Notes: generated by a model not told the origin, from the sequence alone. DNA of 64,000 nt from an uncultured Chloroflexia bacterium (GCA_963811225.1 CAWEQO010000004.1:300762-364761), one strand, 5' to 3'; shown: positions 17,822 through 27,731, counted from the stretch's first letter. Translations and numbers: made by a program.

Positions 17822-19288
17822 TCAGGTTCGTTTCTTGATGGAAAACCCGACAATCAATGCCAACCCTACCACAGCCATGCCGATGAAGAAGAAGCCGAAG
17901 GGGGCGTTCTTGCCCAACGAGAAGGCAGGCTTGGGTGTAGGGGTGGGCGGGACCTGTGTGGCGTTCGGATGCACGGCGGTGGCACGGATGGTGGGCTTGG
18001 CGGTGTTGGAGGGGAGGGGCGTGGCGGTGGCGGGACCAGGAGTAGGCGTGATCGTGGCGGGTGGGGTGACTTGCAGAACCAGCTGCTGGTCGGGGTACAG
18101 GATCGAATCCATGCCCAAGCCGTTCCAGGCCATCAGGTCGTTTAGCTGGATTTCGTACAGCTGGGCAATGTAGGCCGGGTTTTCGCCGCTGTGGACGGTG
18201 TGGTAATACTTGCCGTCGGCCGCCGGGGTCAGCTTTTCGATGGGCGTGAGCGGGCGGGGTGTGGGGCTGGGGGTGATGTCGCCGGGGTAGATGAGCAGTT
18301 TCTGCCCAATCTGCAGCGGCCAGTCGGCCTGCAGGCCGTTCAGCTGCAGGATGGTGTCGATGCTGACCTTGTAAGCCTCGGCGATGGAGGTCAATGTCTG
18401 GTAGGCAGCCACGGTGTGGACGATCTTGCCGTCCGGACCGGGTGTGGCGACCGCAAACCAGCCGACCGGAGTGGGGGTAGCGTAACCTTTGGTGTTTTCG
18501 CCTGGAATAAAGAGCTTCTGCCCAATCAGCAATCCGCCACTGCTGGAGATGTTGTTGAAGTACTCGATGTCTTTGATGGTAACTTTGTAGGCGATAGCGA
18601 TCGACCAGAAGGACTGCCCGGCCTGGACGACGTGATAGATGTTGCCGTCCTCATCGGGCTTAGCCACTTTGACAGGCACGATGATCTGCGAGATGCCGCC
18701 GGCGCGGCCCTCGTTGGTGGTGCCTTCGGTGTTGGGCTTCCAGCCCTCGGGCGGCTTGTACTCGCCGCAGGCCTTATTGGAAGTGTAAGCCGCTTGCAGC
18801 ACGTAGTAGGTCAGGCCGTTGGCCGACTTCGCCACGCCTGCGCCGACGTTGCAGTAGGCCGGGTTGACCGCAGGGATCATGTGGGATGGGTCGGCCCAGA
18901 CCAGCATGACCTCGTCGATCGACATGTGCCCGACGGCGAAGTTCTCGGTGCCCCATACGGTCGCACTGCCGCCGTAGCCTGCCGAAGCCAGTCGCCCGGA
19001 GACGTCGCCAATGTGCCATGACATCTCGTTAGCCGCCATGATCTCGGCCGTCCCCTGCGCCACCGCATCGATGATCGGGTCCTCAATCAGGGCCGGGAGA
19101 CCGTTGGACGAGCGCAGCGTGTTCATCGCTACAATCAAGTCGTAGGCGGTAACGCCGTCGGCCAGCGGTGCGGCCGGGGGCGCATCCAACAGAATGCTCG
19201 CCTGCGCGTCCGTTCCAATCGGCGGGACGAGCCATCCGGCCAGCAGGACAAGTAAAATAAACCAGCGAGTTAGATGAGTAGAGCGCAC
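17822..19288 (-). CDS. Secreted CAP (SCP/PR1-like) domain protein with three LysM domains and a C-terminal membrane anchor
   Basis: Signal peptide, then LRSSNGLPAL..AQGTAEIMAANEMSWH..GTENFAVGH (CAP-like). Three LysM units follow (YHVVQAGQSFWSIAIAY.., HTVAAYQTLTSIAEAY.., HTVHSGENPAYIAQLY..). C-terminus is FGFFFIGMAVVGLALIVGFSIKKRT. Confidence 0.8.
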   Translation of the reverse strand: MRSTHLTRWFILLVLLAGWLVPPIGTDAQASILLDAPPAAPLADGVTAYDLIVAMNTLRSSNGLPALIEDPIIDAVAQGTAEIMAANEMSWHIGDVSGRLASAGYGGSATVWGTENFAVGHMSIDEVMLVWADPSHMIPAVNPAYCNVGAGVAKSANGLTYYVLQAAYTSNKACGEYKPPEGWKPNTEGTTNEGRAGGISQIIVPVKVAKPDEDGNIYHVVQAGQSFWSIAIAYKVTIKDIEYFNNISSSGGLLIGQKLFIPGENTKGYATPTPVGWFAVATPGPDGKIVHTVAAYQTLTSIAEAYKVSIDTILQLNGLQADWPLQIGQKLLIYPGDITPSPTPRPLTPIEKLTPAADGKYYHTVHSGENPAYIAQLYEIQLNDLMAWNGLGMDSILYPDQQLVLQVTPPATITPTPGPATATPLPSNTAKPTIRATAVHPNATQVPPTPTPKPAFSLGKNAPFGFFFIGMAVVGLALIVGFSIKKRT

Positions 19289-19342
19289 TCCGGTATTATA
19301 AGGGTAAAATTAAAGAACTGACAAGGCCAAAGGAATCAACTC

Positions 19343-21451
19343 TTGCCCACCAAATCTCCTATCTATCGCTTTTTGGATCGAATTGCACTGGCGCTGTTCC
19401 CATCGGCGTCTGGGTTAAGCGAGCGCGAGCATGTTGCCTTCGTCGGCGATGTGGTTGGCTCGCTGTATACCCTGCCGCTGGCGCTTGGCGGGCTGGTGTG
19501 GCTGATCACAGCGACCGATCCAGGCAGCCTGGTCCTGCAGCTGCCGTCGCTGGCGGTTACGCTGGTCCTGACACTGCTGCTGTTCCGCTTTGACTTTGTG
19601 GCGCTGATCGAACTGACCCCGGGGGCCATTTCTGACATTAGCGGAACGCTGGCAAACGTGCTGTCGGTGGCGGCGGTGTTGATGTTTGGGGTTAACGGGT
19701 TATGGGTGGCGTTCCTGGCCGAATTGGGGTATCAGTGGATGCACTACGGCGGAACCCGACCGTTGAACCGGCGGCTGAATGCCTTGCGCAATCTGGGGGT
19801 CAACCTCGCGCACATCCTGCCGGGTGGGATGGCCGTTCTGGCCCTCTACCATGCAATTGGCGGGGCGATCCCACTGGCGGGCCTGAGCCTGCCGGCCATT
19901 GGGGTCGGGCTGGTGTTCTGGATGGCCTGGGCAGCGGCGGGCGTGCTGGTCTGGCTGCCGATGCTTCTATATATCGGCTACAGCCTCGATTGGCTGCGCG
20001 CCGGTCAGAATGCATGGCCGCTGCTGCGCTTCTTCCTGATCTCGCTGGTGTTGTTCGACGTGGGTGGCGCTTTCGGGCCGCTGGCGGCGGGCCTGTATGC
20101 GGCCTTTGGCATGCCCGCTTTTCTGTTCTTCTCCGTGGCCCTGCTGCTGGTTGGCTTCCTGGCTAACCGTTTCAGCCGTGCACTGGTGCGGGTCCGGCGG
20201 CAGACGACCTTGTTGGAAGGGCTGGAGCAGCTGGGCCGTGAGCTGATCGCCGCGCCGCCGCAAGTGCAGGCCATCTCGCGCATCCTCAACGACTACCTTA
20301 CCAATGCGCCGCTGCTCATGCCGCGCCGGGCCGAAGTGCGCCTGCGAGACGGCTCTCTGCTGGCGCATTCACCCGCAGACTGGCAGCCCAACCTGGAAGC
20401 GGCCTGGGACTGGATGTGGGCGCACGAGTCCGCGCTGGTGGCGCTGCCGCGCCAAGAGCTGCCCTGGGGCGGCAGCCTGTATGAAGAGAGCCTGGTGTTC
20501 GTGCCGATCGAGCGGGAGTTTGCGGAGGACGGATTCGACCCGCGCTTCTTGGGTGGGCTGTACATGCAGGCCCGGCTGGGACCGTTCGTCGGGCGCGACC
20601 AGCGCGAGATGCTCAACATGCTGACGCCGGCGATGCGCACCCTGACGGCGCAGGTGGCCGGAGCGCTGCAGCACATCGACGATTACCAGACTGCGCTGGA
20701 ACGCCAGCGCATGGAGCGTGAGCTGGAGCTGGCCGGGCAGATCCAATCCACCTTTTTGCCGGATGCCGACAACGTCCCGCGCTTGCCGGGCTGGCAGGTG
20801 TCCGTCTCACTGCAGTCGGCCCGCGAGACCTCGGGTGACTTCTTCGACCTGATCGAGCTGCCTGGCCAACGGATGGGGGTGGTGGTGGCAGACGTGGCCG
20901 ACAAGGGCGTGGGCGCGGCGCTCTACATGGCGCTGTCGCGCACTTACATCCGGGCGATTGCCCTGGGCGGAATGGACTGCTGCCCTGGTCAGACGCTCAG
21001 CGCCGTCAATCGGCGCATTCTAGAGGATACCCACTCCGACCAGTTCGTGACCGTGTTTTACGCCGTGCTGGAATCGGTGACCGGCAAGCTGGCCTACGCC
21101 AATGCCGGGCATCCCCCGGCGCTGTGGCTGCCGGCGCAGGTTGAACGCCCGGTGCAGCCGCTCACCCGAACCGGAATGGCGCTGGGCGTCATGAAAGACG
21201 AGACGGTGGCGGAGGGCAGCATCCTCATGGCTGCGGGCGACCTGCTGGTGTTCTACAGCGACGGCATTTCCGAGGCCGAAAACAACCAGGGCGAACCGTT
21301 TGGGATCGAGCGGCTGGCGCAGACGCTGGCCGGTTTGCGCGGGATGGAAACAAGGGATGTGCAGGCGGCAATCCTCGAACGGGTGCGGGAGTTTACACAG
21401 GGCGCGGCGCAGATGGATGACATGACCTTGCTGGTGGTAGGAAGAGAGTAA
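19343..21451 (+). CDS. Polytopic-membrane SpoIIE/PP2C-family serine phosphatase
   Basis: About 280 aa of multiple TM helices, a linker, then the PP2C/SpoIIE motifs LELAGQIQSTFLP, SGDFFDLIEL, VVVADVADKGVGAALYM, YANAGHPP and DDMTLLVV. The start is a TTG per the track and is uncertain. Confidence 0.85.
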   Translation: MPTKSPIYRFLDRIALALFPSASGLSEREHVAFVGDVVGSLYTLPLALGGLVWLITATDPGSLVLQLPSLAVTLVLTLLLFRFDFVALIELTPGAISDISGTLANVLSVAAVLMFGVNGLWVAFLAELGYQWMHYGGTRPLNRRLNALRNLGVNLAHILPGGMAVLALYHAIGGAIPLAGLSLPAIGVGLVFWMAWAAAGVLVWLPMLLYIGYSLDWLRAGQNAWPLLRFFLISLVLFDVGGAFGPLAAGLYAAFGMPAFLFFSVALLLVGFLANRFSRALVRVRRQTTLLEGLEQLGRELIAAPPQVQAISRILNDYLTNAPLLMPRRAEVRLRDGSLLAHSPADWQPNLEAAWDWMWAHESALVALPRQELPWGGSLYEESLVFVPIEREFAEDGFDPRFLGGLYMQARLGPFVGRDQREMLNMLTPAMRTLTAQVAGALQHIDDYQTALERQRMERELELAGQIQSTFLPDADNVPRLPGWQVSVSLQSARETSGDFFDLIELPGQRMGVVVADVADKGVGAALYMALSRTYIRAIALGGMDCCPGQTLSAVNRRILEDTHSDQFVTVFYAVLESVTGKLAYANAGHPPALWLPAQVERPVQPLTRTGMALGVMKDETVAEGSILMAAGDLLVFYSDGISEAENNQGEPFGIERLAQTLAGLRGMETRDVQAAILERVREFTQGAAQMDDMTLLVVGRE

Positions 21452-21620
21452 TGGAAGAAAGTAGGACTGGAAATATGCCTGAAGATTCCTACCCTCCATA
21501 TGGGGAATATCCCTCCTTGCCAGGGGTAAACCGGTCTCCTACAATGGAAAATGCAACTGGAGCGAACCCGGGGTGCAGCCTGTGGCGCCCCGCCGGAACC
21601 CAAAGAAGGAGGTATTTTCC

Positions 21621-22025
21621 ATGAAGTATGACAAGTTTATCGATGAGGTGCAGACCCGCGCCCATCTGGATAATGAAGACCAGGCGCTGCGGGCGGTCGA
21701 GGCAGCGCTTAATACCCTGGCCGAGCGCATCCTGAAGACCGAGGCGGACGATCTCGCGGCCCAACTGCCGCAGCAGATCGGTGTTTATCTGGTGGCAGAC
21801 GAGTACGCCCAGTCCTTCGACATGAAGCAGTTCTATTACAAGGTGTCGCTGCGCGAATCGGTCGGGCAGCCGTTGGCCATGATGCATGCCCGGGCGGTGA
21901 TGTCGGTGGTGGAACAAGCGGTTTCGCCGGGTGAGCTGCGTGATATGTTGGCCGAGCTGCCGACCGAGGAATACGAATCGTTGTTCACGTATGGAAGTGA
22001 GTATCGGAACTTAGAGGGGAAGTGA
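21621..22025 (+). CDS. DUF2267-like protein
   Basis: MKYDKFIDEVQTRAHLDNEDQALRAVEAALNTLAERI.. with an AGGAGG SD. Start moved to M17 of the track ORF. Confidence 0.65.
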   Translation: MKYDKFIDEVQTRAHLDNEDQALRAVEAALNTLAERILKTEADDLAAQLPQQIGVYLVADEYAQSFDMKQFYYKVSLRESVGQPLAMMHARAVMSVVEQAVSPGELRDMLAELPTEEYESLFTYGSEYRNLEGK

Positions 22026-22064
22026 GTTCTCCGATTTGTGCGATTAATCAATAGCCGTTCGAAC

Positions 22065-22120
22065 AGCCAGTTCGTCAAGTCGTCAATTAGGGCCCTAATT
22101 GACGACTTGACGAACTGGCT
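22065..22120. repeat. 56-bp perfect palindrome (28-bp arms, no spacer)
   Basis: AGCCAGTTCGTCAAGTCGTCAATTAGGG | CCCTAATTGACGACTTGACGAACTGGCT, checked base by base. It lies between the DUF2267 gene and the second L,D-transpeptidase gene, so it is probably a terminator. Confidence 0.8.
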
Positions 22121-22137
22121 CTTAATCCTGTTATAAT
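22107..22137 (+). promoter_or_regulatory. Promoter candidate with an extended -10 (TGTTATAAT) 7 nt upstream of the ATG; implies a leaderless mRNA
   Basis: TTGACG (22107..22112), a 19-nt spacer, TATAAT (22132..22137) with TG at 22129..22130, and the ATG at 22145. No SD is present. Confidence 0.45.
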
Positions 22138-22144
22138 CCGAACT

Positions 22145-23188
22145 ATGACACGCTTTTACTCCCGCCGCGATTTCCTCAAATTTGGTGCACTGATGCTGCC
22201 GGGGCTGGCGTTCGCTCCTCGAAAGCTGCCCGCGTTTGCCGAGCCGGACGTGCCCGGCGACGGCTTGCTCGGACGGGTGGCGATCGATTCGATCAGCGTC
22301 TCCAGTCAGCCATGGGACGAAGCCCGGATCGTGTTCCAGCGCTACCGGGATGAGTTGGTGCACCTGTACGACACGGTCGTTTCGGAGCACGGGCCGGGAT
22401 ACAACCCGGTTTGGTACCGCGTGTGGGGCGGCTACATGCACTCGGCCCGCATTCAGTTGGTGAGACAGCGCTTGAACCCGGTGGCGAGCAGCCTTCCGGA
22501 AGGGGGCCAGGTTGGCGAGATCACCGTGCCGGTGTCGCAGCCGTTCTACTACAACGGCAAAGACACCTGGAGGCCGCTGTATCCGCTCTACTACGAGTCG
22601 GTACATTGGATCACCGACATTATTGAAGGGCCGGATGGCTCACCCTGGTACCAGATCACAGAGGCGTGGAGTAAGGAGAAGTACTACGTCCCGGCGGAAG
22701 GGGTGCGGCTGATCCCGGCAGAGGAGATATCGCCGCTCTCGCCAGACGTGCCCGCTCACGAGAAACGCATCGATATCTCCATCGATATGCAGACACTGAC
22801 CGCTTACGAGGGCGAAAAAGAGGTCTTTAAGACCAGGGTCTCGACCGGCCTGTTCAAGGAAGTGGTGGGGGAGCTGCCCTGGCGTACGCCGACTGGAGAT
22901 TGGCGGGTGACCTCCAAGATGCCGTCGCAGCGGATGGGCGACGATGCCATCACTTCGGACGTCAGCGGCTACGTCTTGCCGGGTGTGCCGTGGGTGAGCT
23001 ATTTCCACCAGACCGGCGTGGCGATGCACGGATGCTACTGGCACAACAACTACGGCGCGCCGATGAGCCACGGCTGTGTGAACATGCGGCCTGAAGAAGC
23101 CAAATGGATCTACCGTTGGACGACGCCTGCGCCGGTGGATGGCAAGGGTGAGACCAGGGGCAACGGGACGCGAGTACGCGTGCATTAG
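22145..23188 (+). CDS. L,D-transpeptidase family protein (YkuD domain) with Tat-like signal, paralog of 2387..3415
   Basis: MTRFYSRRDFLKFGALMLPGLAF at the N-terminus and HGCYWHNNYGAPMSHGCVNM near the C-terminus. Collinear similarity to the other copy along the whole length. Confidence 0.85.
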   Translation: MTRFYSRRDFLKFGALMLPGLAFAPRKLPAFAEPDVPGDGLLGRVAIDSISVSSQPWDEARIVFQRYRDELVHLYDTVVSEHGPGYNPVWYRVWGGYMHSARIQLVRQRLNPVASSLPEGGQVGEITVPVSQPFYYNGKDTWRPLYPLYYESVHWITDIIEGPDGSPWYQITEAWSKEKYYVPAEGVRLIPAEEISPLSPDVPAHEKRIDISIDMQTLTAYEGEKEVFKTRVSTGLFKEVVGELPWRTPTGDWRVTSKMPSQRMGDDAITSDVSGYVLPGVPWVSYFHQTGVAMHGCYWHNNYGAPMSHGCVNMRPEEAKWIYRWTTPAPVDGKGETRGNGTRVRVH

Positions 23189-23190
23189 GA

Positions 23191-23273
23191 GAACGGGGTC
23201 CAAAACGAGAGCCGGGGAGATGGGTGAATTTGAAGGTCACCCATCTCCCCGGCTCTCGTTTTGGACCCCGTTC
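23191..23273. terminator. Very long bidirectional terminator-like hairpin (37-bp perfect stem, 9-nt loop)
   Basis: Arms 23191..23227 and 23237..23273 (GAACGGGGTCCAAAACGAGAGCCGGGGAGATGGGTGA and its reverse complement) lie between convergent genes. Confidence 0.75.
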
Positions 23274-23274
23274 C

Positions 23275-24387
23275 CTAGGCCATTACGTCCCAAACTTGTA
23301 AGACCACCTGGATGAGCAGCTGCATTCCCTTCTCGACCGGTTTGGTATCGATATATTCATGGATGGTGTGCGATTTGCCGCCGACCGTCAGGCCGAAGCA
23401 GATGGCCGGGAGGCCGCGGCTGAGGGGAATGTTGGCGTCGGTGGAGGCGCTGCCGATGTGCGGGGTGAGCCCGAGCTGCTCGACGGCGTCTCGCGCCAGG
23501 CGCACGAGCGGGTGGGTGGCCGGGATCGAACCGGCCGGGCGGTGCCCGATGCGTTCGAGGGATACGCTTACGCCTGGGCGTTCGGCAGTCTGTACGATAT
23601 GATGAACGTCCTCCACCATGCGCTGCAGCGTAGAGGCGGATTCCGAGCGCAGGTCGAGGGTGCAGGTGGCGTGCGGGGCGATGGTGTTGATCGAGGTGCC
23701 GCCTTCGATCGTCCCGATGTTGAAGGTGCTGCGCGGTTTTTTCGGCAGGGGCAGGGCAGTCAGGCTGGTGATGATGCCCGCCAGTTCATGGATGGCGGAG
23801 GGGCTGCCAAAGTCGGCCCAGGAGTGACCGCCTGCTGTTTCCACATCGATTTGATAGCGCTCCACGCCCAGCCCGCCGTAATAGATATTGCCGAGCCCAA
23901 TCCCTTCAACGATGAGATAGGCCAGGGGCTGGCTTTCGAGCCGGTTGACAATGGCTTGCATGCCATACAGATTGCCCATGCCCTCTTCACAAGTGTTGGC
24001 GATGAAAATCAGGTCGCCGGGTAAGTGGATGTCCTGGTTTTGGAGGTAGCGAATCAAGCCAAGCGTACCGGCCAGGCCGAGCGAGTTATCGCCGATGGCG
24101 GGGCCGGTGATGCGCCCCGGGTTGCGCTGCAAGGGCAGCGGGCGCTGGAGGGGGTGGACGGTATCCATGTGAGCGCTGACGGCCAGGGGAGGGCGGTCGC
24201 CGCCGGTGAGCCGCGCCCATACGTTGCCCACCTCGTCGATCTCAATGTCTTGCAGGCCGGCTTCACGGAAGCGCTCGCGCATGAACTGGGCTCGCTCGGC
24301 CTCCTTAAACGTGGGGGATGGGATTTGTTGGATCGTGCAAGCCATATCGAGCACGAAATCGATCAGGGAAGCAGGTACAAGTCTCAT
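23275..24387 (-). CDS. M20 family metallopeptidase (ArgE/DapE/ACY1-like)
   Basis: MRLVPASLIDFVLDMACTIQQIPSPTFKEAERA.., PLAVSAHMDTV, CEEGMGNL. The start at 24387 forms an ATGA overlap with the upstream kinase stop. The track's 551-aa extension to 24930 is antisense noise inside the kinase gene. Confidence 0.85.
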   Translation of the reverse strand: MRLVPASLIDFVLDMACTIQQIPSPTFKEAERAQFMRERFREAGLQDIEIDEVGNVWARLTGGDRPPLAVSAHMDTVHPLQRPLPLQRNPGRITGPAIGDNSLGLAGTLGLIRYLQNQDIHLPGDLIFIANTCEEGMGNLYGMQAIVNRLESQPLAYLIVEGIGLGNIYYGGLGVERYQIDVETAGGHSWADFGSPSAIHELAGIITSLTALPLPKKPRSTFNIGTIEGGTSINTIAPHATCTLDLRSESASTLQRMVEDVHHIVQTAERPGVSVSLERIGHRPAGSIPATHPLVRLARDAVEQLGLTPHIGSASTDANIPLSRGLPAICFGLTVGGKSHTIHEYIDTKPVEKGMQLLIQVVLQVWDVMA

Positions 24388-25406
24388 GCAGTCCTCACCG
24401 AGCTGCGCAGGCTTTCGAGGCGGGCATCGGCCAGTCCTGGCAGCGCGTCCAAGGGATATAGAGGGGAGTTGCCCTCCACCACCAGCGATGCGGAGATGTT
24501 GCCATGCAGGGCGGCCCGCAGCGGGTCGTAGGAGGAGCGATAACCGGCCAGGAAGCCGCCGCAGAAGGCATCCCCCGCGCCGAGGGGATTGACCACCTGA
24601 GCCGGATAAGCCGGGATCATCCAGCGGTTGTGCCCGGCGTGGTCGTAGACAAACTGCCCGCGCGCCTGGCGCTTGATCACTACAATCTCGCAGCCGAAGC
24701 CGGCGATGGTCTCGGCCATTTCCCAGAGATCGGAAGTGCGCCCCTGGAACAGGCCGCGCAGTTTTTCTTCTGAGGAGAGAAAGGCGGTGATGCCCTTGAC
24801 GATGACCGGGATGTCGTTCCAGAAGACCGGGTTCATGTAACCGGCCGACGGGTCGAGGGTAATGGTGGTAATGCGACCCTGGCGCAGGGCCGAGGGTAAC
24901 AAGGTGTGGCTGAGAAAGTCCAGCGGGCACAGGTGAGCGGCGGTGGCATCCAGGTAATCATCGGGGATTTCATTGGCGCGGATGGTGAGGCGAGTGGGCT
25001 GCGTGCGGCTGTCGGGTTGGGGCGTGGCTGGGCTGTAGCCCAACAGGCTTTTGGGGTAGGGCAGGTTCAAGCGAGCGAAATGCGAAACCGGGCTGTCCGT
25101 CTGGCGAGTTTCCAGATCGGGGAAGGCCATGAAGAAGCGGTGGTCGATGGCCTCCGGCAGCACCCGGACGCCGCGCAGGTCGAGGTCGAAGTCGGAGATG
25201 CGCTCCAGCCACTCGCGCGGATAGTCTTCCCCGACTCGTCCGATCAGACCGACGCCCGATTCCCAGACGGCCACACCGGCGGCAGCGTACATCAGACTGC
25301 CGCCGAGCACGTCCGTCAGGGCTGCGCCGTTGGGGGGGATGACGTAGTCACGCCGCAGTTGCCCGGCGACCAGATAACGAAGAACGGGAGGGCTTTCCAT
25401 TGCCAC
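24384..25406 (-). CDS. PfkB-family carbohydrate kinase
   Basis: LGGSLMYAAAG near the N-terminus and NPLGAGDAFCGGFLAGY, the PfkB signature 2 (GAGD). Confidence 0.85.
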   Translation of the reverse strand: MAMESPPVLRYLVAGQLRRDYVIPPNGAALTDVLGGSLMYAAAGVAVWESGVGLIGRVGEDYPREWLERISDFDLDLRGVRVLPEAIDHRFFMAFPDLETRQTDSPVSHFARLNLPYPKSLLGYSPATPQPDSRTQPTRLTIRANEIPDDYLDATAAHLCPLDFLSHTLLPSALRQGRITTITLDPSAGYMNPVFWNDIPVIVKGITAFLSSEEKLRGLFQGRTSDLWEMAETIAGFGCEIVVIKRQARGQFVYDHAGHNRWMIPAYPAQVVNPLGAGDAFCGGFLAGYRSSYDPLRAALHGNISASLVVEGNSPLYPLDALPGLADARLESLRSSVRTA

Positions 25407-25434
25407 AGATACTGAACTCCAAGGAAAAAGATGG

Positions 25435-25498
25435 TGGATGGTTTGCGTGATGGGGAAACGCCCTCACGCAACCATCCAAACTTAAAAAGTTTCGGCAA
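25435..25498 (-). terminator. Imperfect terminator hairpin with a GTGGATGG core
   Basis: TGGATGGTTTGCGTGATGGGG-aaac-GCCCTCACGCAACCATCCA is flanked by A/T runs and lies 3' of the small membrane-protein gene. Confidence 0.5.
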
Positions 25499-25560
25499 GT
25501 TTCCAAGGCTTGCCGAAACGATCGAGTCAATTTTCAAATCAGATCAAGCTTCAAAAGCGC

Positions 25561-25755
25561 CTAGCGACCGAACTGCTGCACTTGTCGTACCAGTCCCAGC
25601 ACGCCGAGGCCGAGCGTCACACCCTCGCGACTTGTTAACTGGGGTGTCGTATTATTCTCTTCAGCTTTCTGAATCAATGCATAAGCGGCGAATATGCCAA
25701 CCACGACACCAATAGCAGCGCCGAAGATCAGCGTTTGTTTTTTCCAACTTTCCAT
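25561..25755 (-). CDS. Small single-pass membrane protein (hypothetical)
   Basis: MESWKKQTLIFGAAIGVVVGIFAAYALI.. with a GGAGG SD. Start moved to M22 of the track ORF. Confidence 0.5.
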   Translation of the reverse strand: MESWKKQTLIFGAAIGVVVGIFAAYALIQKAEENNTTPQLTSREGVTLGLGVLGLVRQVQQFGR

Positions 25756-25792
25756 AAATTCCTCCCTTAGAAAAATGACAGTCTTGCTCTGG

Positions 25793-26251
25793 TTACTCGG
25801 TCTCTTGGACCACACCAAGATCCTTCAGCGCAGTTTTTAAGCCGGTCCAAGCGCTCGCAATGGCGATAATGATCTTTGCCCCCGAATTTGAGAATTGAAG
25901 GATGTAACCCTGGATGCGATACAGGAACGTCATCGCGCGCAGGGAATAGTACGGGGTCAATTTGAGCAGCTTGGCTGCCAGCCAGATTCCACCGGCAATC
26001 ACGGCGAGAACAATCAAACCAATCACGAGGTAGATTAAGACAAGATAGGCTACTGAAAGAGCCATCCAGTTATCTGCAACGATGATGTTGTTCGCCGATG
26101 CGATCGTCACCCAAACCGCCAGGCCGATTATGATGGCGATGGTAGCGCCGAGTGGAACCCAGATCTGCCACAACGTTTGCTTTTGATGCGCTTCGCTGGT
26201 TGGGATCTCCAGTTTATCACGTTGATAAGCAGGTTTTGTACTCATAGGCAT
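25793..26251 (-). CDS. Hypothetical integral membrane protein (about 4 TM)
   Basis: Hydrophobic segments WQIWVPLGATIAIIIGLAVWVTI and LSVAYLVLIYLVIGLIVLAVIAGGIWLAA. I recognise no family. Confidence 0.55.
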   Translation of the reverse strand: MPMSTKPAYQRDKLEIPTSEAHQKQTLWQIWVPLGATIAIIIGLAVWVTIASANNIIVADNWMALSVAYLVLIYLVIGLIVLAVIAGGIWLAAKLLKLTPYYSLRAMTFLYRIQGYILQFSNSGAKIIIAIASAWTGLKTALKDLGVVQETE

Positions 26252-26310
26252 ATTGTAGCATGGAACCAGGTCATTTGTTTAGACCTGGAGAGGGGAATTT
26301 AATGTTTCGT

Positions 26311-26358
26311 TGGAAAAGAGAGCAGAGAACAACCCCTTGAGGCTGGTCTCTGCTCTCT
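26311..26358 (-). terminator. Terminator hairpin 3' of the malic enzyme gene
   Basis: AGAGAGCAGAGA (26317..26328) pairs with TCTCTGCTCTCT (26347..26358), and a T-run follows on the minus strand. Confidence 0.55.
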
Positions 26359-26363
26359 GAACT

Positions 26364-27656
26364 TTAGCTGCAATCCGCAACGAGGCGGGCGTTACGGGCT
26401 TGCAGCTGCCGGCGGTAGGCTTCCAGGTCGATCGGCTTACGAGCGACGCAGGACTCGACCGCGGCGCGAGCTACAGCCAGCGACTCCCACTCATATACGC
26501 GTGAGTTTAGCGGCTTGGGGACGATGTAATCCCGGCCAAACTCCAGATGGTCGAGGCAGTAGGCCTTCAACACCTGGGCAGGGACGGGCTCTTTTGCCAG
26601 AGCAGACAGCGCATAGGAAGCGGCGGTCTTCATCTCATCGTTGACGGACCGGGCGCGAACGTCGAGGGCGCCCCGGAAGATGAAGGGGAAGCCGAGCACG
26701 TTGTTGATCTGGTTGGGATAGTCTGAACGGCCGGTGGCGACAATGGCGTCTGGACGGCAAGTGCGCGCCTGCTCGTACTTGATCTCAGGGTCGGGGTTGG
26801 CCATGGCGAAAATGATCGGGTTGGGGGTCATCTTCTGGCACATCTCCGGGGTGAGGACGTTGGCGACCGATAGGCCAATGAATACATCCGCGTCTTCGAT
26901 GGTTTCGGCCAGGCCGCAGGGGCAGTCGCCCTGGGCGAAGACGTCCTTCTCGGGGAACATCTCACGCTGGCGGCCGTTGTAAACCAGCCCGGCGATATCG
27001 CACATCCAGATATGCTCGCGCGGCACACCGACTCGCACCAGCTGGCGAGCGCACGAGATGGCCGCCGCGCCTGCACCTGAGAAGACGACTTTAATGTCCG
27101 CTATCTTCCGGCCGGTCAGTTCCAGGGCGTTCATCAGGGCCGCAGCCAGGATGATGGCGGTGCCGTGCTGGTCATCGTGGAACACGGGAATGTCAAGCTT
27201 CTCCTGCAGCCGGGGCTCGATGTAGAAACACTCCGGTGAGCGGATGTCCTCCAGGTTGATGCCACCGAAGGAGCAGCCGATTGCGGCTACCACATCGATG
27301 AACCGGTCGGGATCGTGCGTGTCGACTTCGATGTCGAACACGTCGATATCGGCGAACCTCTTGAAGAGCACACCTTTGCCTTCCATGACCGGTTTCGAGG
27401 CCAGCGCGCCGCGGTCACCGAGGCCAAGGATGGCCGTGCCGTTGGAGATGACGGCTACCAGATTGCCTTTATTCGTGTATTCATAGGCGGTTTGGATGTC
27501 CTTTTCGATCTCTAAGACGGGAAAAGCGACACCGGGAGTATAGGCGAGGCTGAGGTCTCGCTGGGTTTCGAGAGGTTTGGTTGGCGTTACGGAAAGTTTG
27601 CCCGGCACACCATTCAAATGATGGTATTCGAGCGCATCTTCACGAGTAATGGCCAT
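26364..27656 (-). CDS. NAD(P)-dependent malic enzyme (short, no PTA domain)
   Basis: [37 protein letters not shown].., [22 protein letters not shown] (Rossmann). Confidence 0.9.
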   Translation of the reverse strand: MAITREDALEYHHLNGVPGKLSVTPTKPLETQRDLSLAYTPGVAFPVLEIEKDIQTAYEYTNKGNLVAVISNGTAILGLGDRGALASKPVMEGKGVLFKRFADIDVFDIEVDTHDPDRFIDVVAAIGCSFGGINLEDIRSPECFYIEPRLQEKLDIPVFHDDQHGTAIILAAALMNALELTGRKIADIKVVFSGAGAAAISCARQLVRVGVPREHIWMCDIAGLVYNGRQREMFPEKDVFAQGDCPCGLAETIEDADVFIGLSVANVLTPEMCQKMTPNPIIFAMANPDPEIKYEQARTCRPDAIVATGRSDYPNQINNVLGFPFIFRGALDVRARSVNDEMKTAASYALSALAKEPVPAQVLKAYCLDHLEFGRDYIVPKPLNSRVYEWESLAVARAAVESCVARKPIDLEAYRRQLQARNARLVADCS

Positions 27657-27731
27657 GAAGGGCCTCCTTTAAGATTGTGATATTTTGAACAATCTTATTG
27701 TACACCGGATATAAAGAGCGTATCCCCCAAG

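Noticed and set aside
24388-24930. 5' extension of the M20 peptidase ORF to 24930
   Set aside because: The extension overlaps the PfkB kinase gene and is Arg/Pro/Gly-rich. The ATG at 24387 gives a standard M20 N-terminus and an ATGA stop-start overlap.
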